30,486 nucleotides of DNA from Ginkgo biloba (taxonomy: Eukaryota > Plantae > Ginkgophyta), in assembly GCA_024626585.2 (NCBI GenBank), contig JANKJI020000002.1, forward strand, positions 60,143,813-60,174,298, written 5' to 3'. The translations under genes and the position numbers were made by a program. Under the pieces are notes generated by a model that was not told where the DNA came from, did not search any database, and was given only the letters and a program-made list of their open reading frames with translations. Positions 12,101-24,100 of this stretch are shown in pieces (within the stretch, counting starts at the first letter, position 1; each line of letters opens with the position of its first letter).

Positions 12101-15100
12101 TTGTGTAATGCGCCCACTACTTTCATGAGGTTGACTAATGAAGTCCTCAAGATATTTATCGATCATTTTTTTATTATTTATCTTCACGATATTCTAGTCT
12201 TTTATAAAACCTAGGATGAACATATTCAACACTTAGTTTTGGAAACCTTGAATAAAAATTAGTTATATTTGAACCTAGAGAAATTTGAATTTATTAAATA
12301 GTCATCGGTGTACTTGGGTTTTGTAATTGGAGGAAATGATATGATAATTGATACATCTAAATTATATACTATTTTGAATCGGACAATACTGACCAACTTG
12401 AATGAGGTACATAGTTTCATCAGAGATACATAGTATTTAAGATAATTTATGTTACATTTCTCTTCTTTGGTTGCACCTNNNNNNNNNNNNNNNNNNNNNN
12501 NNNNNNNNNNNNNNNNNNNNNNNNNNNNNNNNNNNNNNNNNNNNNNNNNNNNNNNNNNNNNNNNNNNNNNNNNNNNNNCTTTATGACCAATTTGTACTCG
12601 TAACATTAATGCATCATGTGAGATGTAATAACTATACTATCTATACAACCATGCTCTAAAAATGCACATGTTAAGAATTAGAGCGCATACTATAATCACC
12701 CACACAATGTAAAGTACACAAATAAGGATGCTAATCTACAGGATAATAACATTGCGATAACAACGTCCATTGTTGGTTTGGGGAATAATTGTAAGGGCTT
12801 ATTGCGCTCAAATCCAAACCTCTAGCTGCATTCCCATGTAACCATTAGTGCCTAGCAATAATTGATGCTCTGCTAGGATCCACCCCTTAACGTAACATTA
12901 ATAAGGTTGCTAGGCGTAGATCTATTTTCAACCCCTTATTTGACACTAGGATTATCCTCTCAGATAGGATATCCTCCATGTTCATAGTTTTTTATTCATA
13001 TTAATTTATTATGTTTGACTACCACTCATACAATATACAACACAATCCTTGCAAAGGCAACACATAGACCTAGTTAAAATAAGTCACATACAAAATCCTT
13101 GAGTTAGACTCAACTAATAGTGTGGTCTACAAACCCTATTGACACATAAAATGCCCATAGAATCAATCCTTCGAGGGTTACTAGAGCATATGTCATAGTC
13201 CTACCTTCTAAATCTACATGCCAACACAATTAAGAGCTGCAACATAGATAATAATCAGAGTACAAGTGGATAAGAAATATTCGTTTATAGTAATTAATGA
13301 TCAATGCACATACAAAGTGTAAATGCATGGCAGACTATGAGGGGCAAAGGTATACTAGGCAACTAGCTTAGCATCCATCGGTGCTCATCAGGGACTGCCT
13401 AAAAGGGCCTATGTAGTTGGTAGCAATTTGGTACATACAGTTAGCACCTAGCAATTATTATTGTTTTGCTAGGTTCCACCCCTAACTCAACAAAATAAGG
13501 GTGCCAGGCATAGGTCTCTTTGCAAACCCTCTTTGGCATCAAGATGCTCTCCCAAATGAGACGTCCATCCCTAACTGGTAGAATATATCCTGTGACACCA
13601 CTGACCCAATGTGCAACATTTGTAAAGAATTAAGGTGAAGCTAGAAATAAAATTGTACAATATAGATANNNNNNNNNNNNNNNNNNNNNNNNNNNNNNNN
13701 NNNNNNNNNNNNNNNNNNNNNNNNNNNNNNNNNNNNNNNNNNNNNNNNNNNNNNNNNNNNNNNNNNNNTATTTATGAGATACAATTATGCTTGATGATCT
13801 ACGAAAAATGTAAAATGTGTCACCAATAAGTAAGTGTTGAATTTTTGTATGGAATACATCATCCCTATTCCTTTTCTTTCGATGATTGTATAATTACATT
13901 CAATGGATGATCATTTTCTATTGGTGATATAAATAGGGTGATCAATCGTCTCATCCTGAGGTTGGGCCAATACATTGTTGATAGCATTGAGTGATGCATT
14001 CGCATGTATGTGGAATTCCTTTTTACCAATTTGAATATCACAAAATGGGCACACTAACATCTTTATCTCTTAATGCTTTAGATGCTAGCTCTGGTGTTCT
14101 GGTGTCCAAGTAAACAAAGAGTGCATCATTACAATCTCACCAATGGAGCTACTATGTGCACTTAATTTTGAATGAACCTTCTATAGTCAAAAGTCAAAGG
14201 AAGCCTTTCAACTGTTTTGTAGTGGTTAGTTTACGAAAACGTAAAATCAAAGTTACTTTTATTGTGTCTATGAGCAATCCTTTGTAACAATATGGCCTAG
14301 TTAGTTTTCGAACGGTACCATAAATTAACATTTTTTTGGGTTCGGACACAACCAACATTCTCTGCATATCTGAAGCATTTATTAATTAGGGAGTATAGGG
14401 CCCAATGATCTAAAAACAATTCAACTTTATCACCAATTAATTTTTTAAAGATATTTAATATAATTCGTTGGAATATCGCTAGGGTCTTCATCAATCCAAA
14501 GGGCCACATGATAAGTACACGTTGCCCACTTACTAACGAATGTCGTCTTTAGGTGCAATGTTGACTTGGTTATATTCACTCAAGCCATCTATAAAGGAAA
14601 ACACTTTATGTCTTGCTACTTGTTCAGTTACTAACGAATGTTGTCTTCAGGTGGTCTTAAAGTCTTCCATAAATGGTAGGGGAAATGGGTCTTTTTTCTA
14701 AACCTTATTGAGCTCTTGGTAGTCTAAGCATATTCTTATTTTTTCCATTTTTCTTTTGAACTATGATGAAGGGATTGATCCATTTGTTATTAACCTCTTC
14801 ATGTGCGGATGCATATACACACACAAGAAGAGGATAATAGCAAATGGGTATATGTATGTATACACAGACACACACATACACAAGAAGAGGATAACAACAA
14901 ATGGGTATATGTATGTATGTTTATACACACACACTATGTCTAGCATCTTATCAATTTTCACTTTCCCTTGTTCCTTGTATCGATGACTCATTTGGTATGG
15001 CCTTTGCCTTCTAGTTTTTTCTCTATCAATCAAATCAATATAGTGTTGTCTCAATTCTGGAGGAATGCCTTTCAAATCCTTGTATGACCATACAAACACA

Positions 15101-18100
15101 TCCCATTACTCTTGAAACAATGTTGTCACTTGAGTGACTATTGGAGTGTCCTAGTAATCCCCCCTGATGATGTGATGTGGTTTTGTCGTCAAGCCTTTGT
15201 TGATTTTCCTAGTCTTAAGATCTTGAAAATGGATTGCCTTCTTATCTAGAGTTAATGTATGTGTAGGTGTTTCATTGATTTGACACTTTCCATATTCTAC
15301 CTTGCAAAAACACTTTGGGTATTGTGTTTTAAATTATAAGTTTGGGAGAAGATTTTTTATGTGGAATCACATCAACAAACATCTAATTTAATAGNNNNNN
15401 NNNNNNNNNNNNNNNNNNNNNNNNNNNNNNNNNNNNNNNNNNNNNNNNNNNNNNNNNNNNNNNNNNNNNNNNNNNNNNNNNNNNNNNNNNNNNNATTCTT
15501 TGAGTTTTTCATATTCGAATATGTTTGGAACTACACAAATTATCAGACACAGACTTATAATTTTTTTCATGTTAGAATCCATAATTACTAACATTGGGAG
15601 ATTTTGACTCACCCACTAAAAATACGGATCCAAATTATAAGAGAATAACTACATAATCTCCTTAGGAATATACTACTTCTTATAATTGATCCATTTTTAA
15701 ATCATCAAGTAAATTCCCTCAATTAGAGATAGTCAATTTGCAGGCTCTTGGATGCAGGTTAAAGACACCCCATAAAGAATGGGTTCTAGGAATTTTGGAA
15801 TCTTGAAGGGAAAGGTGCTCCCTCATGTGCTAAGGGAGGAGGAAATGCTAGGAGATAAACACTTAGGTAAAGACTCAGGAAATGGTGCACCTCAACAAAA
15901 GTAAGTCTTGAATGATAACATGCTTCCTAATGCAAATAGAGAGGAAGAAGCACATATGGAATTGAAATAATGGAAGTCGATCCCCAACTGCACCTTATCC
16001 TAAGAGAAAAGGATTTCTATATTACTAAGGGAGGAAAAATGCATTTGGGAGGGAGATTCCATGAATAATGGGCCTAACTGCACCTTGTCCTAGGAGTGAA
16101 GGATTTCTTAATCATTAAGGGAGGTGAAAGGATTTTAGGAGGGAGAGTAAGTGAAGGTGGGACCCATTTACACCTTTTCCTAGGATCAAAGGCCTCCTTA
16201 ATCATCAAGGGAGGTGAAAGGTATCTAGGAGGGAGAGTAAATGAAGGTGGGACTCAGTTGCACCTTGTATTAGAATTGAAGGCTTCCTTGATCATTAAGG
16301 GAGGCAAAAGGCATCCAAGAGGGAGAGTCAATGAAGGTAGGGCCCATCTATACCATGTCTTAGGAGTAAAGGCTTCCTTGATTATTATGGGAGGTGAAAT
16401 CTATTTAGGATGGAGAGAAAGTGAAGGTAGTACCCATATTCACCTTGTCGTAGGAGTAGAGGCTTCTTTGATCATTTAGGGAGGTGAAAGATGTCCAGGA
16501 GGGAGAGTAAGTGAAGGTGGGACCCAGATTTACCTTAGGAGTAAAGGCTTCCTTGATCGTTAAGGGAGGTAAAAGGAATATAAGAGGGAGAGTAAGTGAA
16601 GGTGGGCCCCAACCACATCTTATATTAGGATCGAATGTGTCCTTGATCGATAAGGAAGAAGGAAGGTGCCTAGGAGAGAACACCTTAAGGAATGAACAAT
16701 ATGAAGCCAAAAACATACTACAATATAATGCAATCAAGAAAGAGCAAGTCTTAGGTGAAAAAATTATTCCTAATGTGTTAAGGGGAGAACAAAAGAAAAC
16801 AAGAAGTAAAACATCCAAGATGCAAACAATAGAAAAAATATGGGGCTTGGGAGGCACATCCTGGCTAGATAGAGTTGTTGGAATAATTCGAATTTAATTG
16901 AGTAAGTTAAGTTATCTTTAGTTAGAAAAGATCATATACAAAATCCTTATTTAGTTACTATTAATAGATAAAATATAAGAAATGCAAAATATGTAAGACA
17001 TGTAAGTGACATGCAAGACATACAATTAACATGTAACCAAAAATAGAGTGAATGTAGGAATAGATTTAGAATAGATATTTCCCTCCATTGAAGGCTAAAA
17101 TAGGAAAGTTGAATGTAGGGCAAGGGCCAATATATTTTGAAATTCGTAATAGAAGAAAATCAATTTGAAATCCATTCTTTGAGTTGTGAATTTTAACAAA
17201 AAGTACATCTAAAAAGTTTTTGAGAAGTTTTAGGATGGAATACTACAAGGCTGCGTGTACCCCAATGGAGACTGGCATAAAGCTCTCAGTGTATGATGAA
17301 GATGTATAGATAGATGGCACATTATACATAAATCTAGTTGGAAGTCTAATCTACTTGACTACAACTAGGCTTGACATAGTTTTTGTAATTGGGATTATTT
17401 TCAGATTCATGGCAGAGACAAAGTAAAGTCACTAATTATCTATGAAGTGGATTCTAAGATATCTTCGAGGAAAATTATAATATGGAATTGAGTTTATTTA
17501 GAATGACACCTTTAAGTTATAGGGATATAGATATTTAGATTGGGATGGATGTGATGACACAAATAGATCTACATCTGGATATTCTTTTAGTATGGGATCA
17601 ACCAAAGTGACATAGAACAGTAAGAAGCAGTCGAACATCATCCTTTCTTCAATAGAAGCAGAATATAAATATCTATTTATAGTTGCATTAGAAGCCATCT
17701 AGTTGAGACAAGTTCTTAATGATATGGGACTGGATTAGGAGGAAGCAACAAAGTTGTACTATTATAATCAAAGTATAATAAAATTAGCAAAGAATCCTAT
17801 ATTCCATGCGAGGACAAAGCACATTGAAGTTCACCATCACTTCATCCGAGAGATGATACATAATGGGGACATCGAGTTAGTGTATAATCCTACTAAAGAT
17901 CAAATTGCTAAAAAATTCACCAAACCTTTAGCTTGGGACAAATTCCAAAAGTTCAAGGATGGTATTGATGTGAAATTTAATGATGTAAACATCAAGGGGA
18001 AGTGTTAGAATTAATTATTTATCTATAATATTTATATGTGAATTAATGTAAATAGGGTCATAACTTAATGTCATGAGCTGTATGTCTATTCAAAGGGTTA

Positions 18101-21100
18101 AAGGGTGATTAGGGTGAGATATATCTGAGTCAACCCTAAAGTGAAAAGTGTCAGGAGTTACTGGACATGTGTCACATCCAGAATTGATAGTTATAATTTT
18201 TTAAATATGTAAATGTACCTTGAGGCTATATACAAAGCTAATGTAGAGTTGAGAAATTGAAGGTAGACCAATTCTACCGGATTTACGTGTATGTGTTCGT
18301 TGTGGAGTATTAGACTAATTCTTTTATTCTGTCTTTTCACACTTTCTGTATTCAGTTGTTCCATTCTCTTGGTCCTGTGATCTGATAATTGTTGTGCTGC
18401 TATGACTTATAACTGCTTGTACATTGCAACAGATAATGGTGTTTAAGACAACTGATGACTGTTGAAGCTGTTGCAACTGGCAACTGGTTGTTGTTGTGAC
18501 CAGATTCTCTAAAAACCATCTCTGTTTAAAGGGCGAATACTGAGGCAAACAAGTAACTTAAAGCATTTTGATCATCGTTGGTCTGAAGATGCTTACATGG
18601 AGTAATTCAAATTATTTTATTCATCAATTATCCATTGGTGCTTACATGGTTGCACTAGCCCCAAGGCTAAAAGCACAAACCCCCAACAACCATAAGATTA
18701 TTGAGAGTGCTGAGGTACCTTTTAACTGTGATTCTAGCCATTGTCGACATCCTTGCATGCCAAAGTCCCCTGTAGTAAAGGAACTATTCTGGAACTGTTG
18801 CTCTACCAACCAAATTGGTTAAGGGAAGATGTAGTCCTCTGTAAAAGGCTAAACTAATTGTGAGATAAATTTGGACCCCTTATAGCAAGCTGAACAGTTT
18901 TAGCTGCTTCCATTCTAGCTGAATTGCCTTGAAGGTTTGGGGTCTTTCAGAGATAATTATAAGTAGGAAAAAATTTCCTACTGTAGGCTGAAGTGATCTG
19001 GAGTCAAGCAAATTCCCTTTAAGATGAAAACACAAAGACCAAGGTGAAAAATACATAGAGTACACTACAAATAAATAGCAATGGATGATGATGAACAAGT
19101 TATGACTCTCTAGTTTGGTTACACATGCTAGCAATGCCCTCAACTGAAGCAATGTTGCCAAGGTATGTGGATGTGGATACAGAATTGGATTCATGAGCAG
19201 GTTCGGGTTTAGCATTTTTAAAACTAGGTTTGTGGCATTTGGTTTGTCCAATTCTAAAACATTGATGTATAATTTGAAATCAATTGCAAAATTGCCTCCA
19301 ATATTCCAAAATTTGCCACGAATGAACCAAAATCTTCATCTAGTGGTCTGAAAACTTCCCTGTTCAGAGTTTGAAGACTGAAATTGTCAGTATCAGTGGT
19401 TAAACCAAACCCAAACCCAAGAACTCAGATGCAGTTTGAGTACCTAATTTAGGAAAACTCAGTTCAAGATCCCACCCGACTGGGTTTGAAAACCCTCTAC
19501 TGTGCCTAAAGGTTGATTAATTTTTCCAAAGGTCATCTTCCCTTGCTTACTGTGGTNNNNNNNNNNNNNNNNNNNNNNNNNNNNNNNNNNNNNNNNNNNN
19601 NNNNNNNNNNNNNNNNNNNNNNNNNNNNNNNNNNNNNNNNNNNNNNNNNNNNNNNNACAAGCCTTGACAAGCGGCAACCCCTTTTGCATGACAAACTTAC
19701 TTATTTATTTAGTCATGCTGAAGTATCCTCCACCAGGCATCGTCGACAGAATTCCCATTGTGAGGTCCTTTTGGCTTTATGACCACCGACAACCAAAAGA
19801 AGTGCAGGAGCAGTATAGTGTTATGTTGGCAAATTGGCTGGATCGACTATATTCTAAGGCCTTCATGAAGATGAGGGTACCATGTGGATTCAACCAGTAG
19901 TACTGTCAAGGTAGTGAATCTTAGGTGGAGTTGGACTCGATGAAGATTCGATGTCCTAGATTCAAACAGTAGTGTCGGCTATTATCATACATTGCTGCTT
20001 GGGAAGAGCTAAAGGAAGAATATCACCGACATACAGGGAATCAACTACAAGAAGTACCAATTGAGCTGCTACCTAAACCAACGAACATCCTAGGGGATGC
20101 CAGAACATAAAGTTGGAAGCCAAAGAAAGATAAGAAGATAAAAAAAGAACCCTCGCTAACGAAGGGAGTAGGGGAAGGAGCAATCGACAAGCCACACATT
20201 AAGAAAAGGAGNNNNNNNNNNNNNNNNNNNNNNNNNNNNNNNNNNNNNNNNNNNNNNNNNNNNNNNNNNNNNNNNNNNNNNNNNNNNNNNNNNNNNNNCA
20301 CTCGACACGGGACGCCCTAAGTCCCCGAGTTTGATCGAGAGTAAAGGGAGTGATACTGAGGGTGAATCGACAACACAAAAATTGCAACCATCCTAGTCAA
20401 AGCAGTAATCATAACAACAGACAGATAAGGGACACCAATAATCTGACAAGGATGGTGAAGCAAATAGTGTGTTGCCTGATCAACGAAACACAGAGGAAAA
20501 CTGACAAGAGCAACAACAACAACCAACCACAGACACAGGAGCAAAGACCATTACCTAGAGGAAGTTAAGACAATCAGTGGGTCACACGACTAACCAAAAC
20601 ACGTGACAAGAAGACTTGGGAAATGATAACAACCCTAACTACTTCCCTACACATCATCTATAGTCTACGTATGACGCCCAGGTTAAAGCAGCATCTATTG
20701 CAGAAGGGCCCTCTAAGATCACATTGGTCATTGGAATGATTATAGCAAATTCGTACAGAAACTCATGTCAAGGAGAAACAAATTAGAGAAGACGTCAACC
20801 CCTGCAACTACAAACCATTAGGTATAAACTGTAATACACTCTTCGTATGAATTTGTCTTGTTTGTAGCATTTAGTGCAGGCATTGGAGGTGCCTTTAAAT
20901 CATATATTTGCTCATGTGAGGATAAAAGATTAGTACAATAGTTAAAGGGTATCGATTAGCACTATGAAGCAAAACAACCTACATTTATTAAAGCCAGAAG
21001 GCATTAAATGCAAGAACAATTTCTTAAAGGTTGGTGAATCGCAATCATGGAGTAATAAATGAAGGTGCAGATGGATAAATGGTAAGTACAACCTAGGACA

Positions 21101-24100
21101 GAAGTGTACAGGGATGTATGGTCTTCACAAGAATAGGTTAGAAAAATATAGATCGAGAAAAATCAGCATTTAATGCTGATATGTCTAAATGGAAGCAGAA
21201 TCTCAGCACTAAGTGTGAAGGCAACTACAATCATAGGCACTAAATGAAGGCATAAGTACATTTATGAGGTAGTATGACCTATAGGAATGCAAGTTCAAGG
21301 ACATTATGACTTGGACTGCAAGTACAATTTTGAACAAGTCAGAATCAGATTGGTTTACACTCTTGAAACCATTGATTACAACTCTATTTATGCATATTTA
21401 GGAAGTTCATTAAATGTTATGCATGCTATTGTGAAAGAGTTGATTTAATGAATGCAATCAGCTAGAAGTTAATATATTGCTGGAAAAATGTACTGTACCA
21501 CATGGTTACTTCTATAGTCATAATGACCTTGATANNNNNNNNNNNNNNNNNNNNNNNNNNNNNNNNNNNNNNNNNNNNNNNNNNNNNNNNNNNNNNNNNN
21601 NNNNNNNNNNNNNNNNNNNNNNNNNNNNNNNNNNATCGCTACACAAACAAACCATGAAAATATGACTGCACCTACAATCAACCACCAATTTCTACGCCAG
21701 TAACCACTAGACCTGTAGCTACACCCATAGCTACAACTGGTAGAAATTAGTAGAGGTATCCACGCGGTTGCATTTGGCAAAAAACCACTAGCAGGTAGCC
21801 TAATCATATCTATGAAAGGGCCATTAAATACCTCCAAATGAGGCGCTTCAAACCAAGGCTTCATATAAGTCCCCCAGAAGGTCTAAGCTCAATGCCTAAA
21901 CTACCCTAGGTCAAGTCACTAGGGTTTATACAGTCAGAGTAGGGAATAATTTCAGATTTACAGGACAGCAAGCATGTCGAAGATCTCAGAAAGCAAGTTG
22001 CAAGTTTCATATTGCTTTCCCAAGTCCAAGGCAAGGTTGCCAAAAGTAGGGCAAAGTTCTTAAAAAACTGAAAATCCAAGTCACAACTCCCCTTAGCCTC
22101 TTAGAGGTAGGGTAAACTCCAAAATATGCTCAGATTGCAAGTAGCATCTAAGGTTTCTAAGTTACAATTTCTTTAAAATTTGATCTCTGAAGTTACAAAT
22201 CAAGTAGAAATTCTNNNNNNNNNNNNNNNNNNNNNNNNNNNNNNNNNNNNNNNNNNNNNNNNNNNNNNNNNNNNNNNNNNNNNNTGCACGCACACACACA
22301 CACATCAACTTTGCTTGAGTAGGCCCAATACTTGCCTTTCTGAGCTGATGTTGGTTAAAATTGTCCTTGGTTAATACTGCTACTTGGAAAGTCATCCTCC
22401 TTGTCTTAAGCTGATCCCATTGTGGAATTGTGGGGTAAGCCCGTCATAAGCTTCTGACCACTCATTTTCGTAGGGCTAAATTTAAACTACACTTAAGCTT
22501 CCATTTCCCAACTGTTTACATTGTTTGTTGGGCCCATGGTCTTTTTCAAGACTTATAGGGATTGCATTCTATTATGAGGATTCCATAATTCTTTGCATAA
22601 TGTTTTAAGGTCTGGAACTGGTTAATTTTGCCTCCAAGAGCCAATGTTTTGTGTTTTCCTTGTTTGCTTCTTACCAAATGCACCATCTTGATTGGGGATG
22701 CATTATCTTGAAATGGATAATGGAAGGAGAAGATGTACAGAAGCAAATCAATCAATTATTAGATGCCATGGGCCTGGGGGAAAGGAAAAAGAAGGGATTT
22801 GGAAATTGATGAAGGAATTCCAAAAATGTAGAGCTGCAAACTGTGTATTTGTTCCAAAGGAACCACTCATCCATTGGGTTTTGAAACAAGCCATTCAGTT
22901 ATATAACACAAATACAGCAATTGCTCCAAATCAGAGTTGCATGTTTATCTCAATGGGGGAATCCTCTTCCCCCGAGTTTTTGTCTCAGATTCCTGCAAAG
23001 TATTTAATGCTGGTGCTATGGAGGACAGACCGAGCTGGATAGCTTTCTGCCTAAATGAACATTGAGTTGACCTTTCCCATGAGAAGGATGCATTGAATGT
23101 ATAGTACACAAGTATTGTGTAATCTTGTTCATGGCAAAGTGTAATCATCTGCATATGTTACTGCTAAGTTGGTTGTTAGTGTTGTCAAATAATTACGAAG
23201 ATTTTTGGCCTTGAAACTTGTACATTATGTATTAACCATTCACAAGCCTATCCTATTGAAGGTTTATGAAAATCGTTTCTTATTAACTGTGCATATGAAT
23301 AGTGATGCTGCTTTCTAATGTCTTTTGATAGAGAAATATTGTTGTTGTTTTAGTTTTCTTTTCTGGCTTGCTTTGGGATGAGGAGATCAATAGTTTCATC
23401 AGTGGCTTATGACAGATTTTTCTTCAACAACTATTCTAACCATGTAGGCATGCTCAATTGATTGCTTTGAAGAGTTGATATACATGCTTAAACTATCTTT
23501 TTAGAATAATTGAAATTTATGGAACCGGAAAAATTGCAGGTGTTAAAACTTGATAATGGGGAGATTTTGAATGCACGCCTTATTATTGATGCAATGGGAA
23601 ATTTCTCCCCCATAGTAAAGCAGGTTTGTGGTCACATGCTTGAGAACTCATGAAATAATGCTTCTGTTTGTAAAATTATTGATAAGATAGTTCAACCACA
23701 GCTATAATTGTGAATAACAAACACAGGTGATGTGTGGAATGTGAAGACTAAATGAACACAGGGTACTGATGCAAATATGTTGTTTTTATTTTGTTTTGTA
23801 TTATGTAGATAAGATCAGGAAAGAAGCCAGATGGAGTTTGCCTTGTTGTTGGTTCCTGTGCTCGTGGTTTCAAAGAAAACTCTATAAGTGATATAATAAC
23901 TCCAACATGAAGAGTTAGAGTCATCCTCATTTGCATGGAAGGGGAACATTCTATGGTANNNNNNNNNNNNNNNNNNNNNNNNNNNNNNNNNNNNNNNNNN
24001 NNNNNNNNNNNNNNNNNNNNNNNNNNNNNNNNNNNNNNNNNNNNNNNNNNNNNNNNNNAGCAACTCATCTGCAACCAAAGTTGGAGAATCAACAGTCCAA

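Noticed and set aside
13355-13402. Hammerhead ribozyme on the minus strand (TAGGCAGTC-C-CTGATGA-GCAC..ATGC-TAAGC..TGCCTA)
   Set aside because: CTGATGA and flanking complementarity are present, but the essential GAAA is TAAG and stem I is absent. At best a decayed relic; not supportable.
15991-16690. CRISPR-like array
   Set aside because: Entire 90-bp units are homologous, with no unique spacers. No cas genes; the context is a plant intron.
16405-16857. 150-aa minus-strand ORF
   Set aside because: Antisense to the purine-rich repeat region; low-complexity S/L/F/P composition is expected from strand skew.
23160-23312. Candidate for the missing CruP exon (TAKLVVSVVK*LRRFLAL...DAA)
   Set aside because: In-frame stop, ~16 aa too long, lacks the GG motif, and has no AG/GT boundaries. 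Likely chance resemblance.
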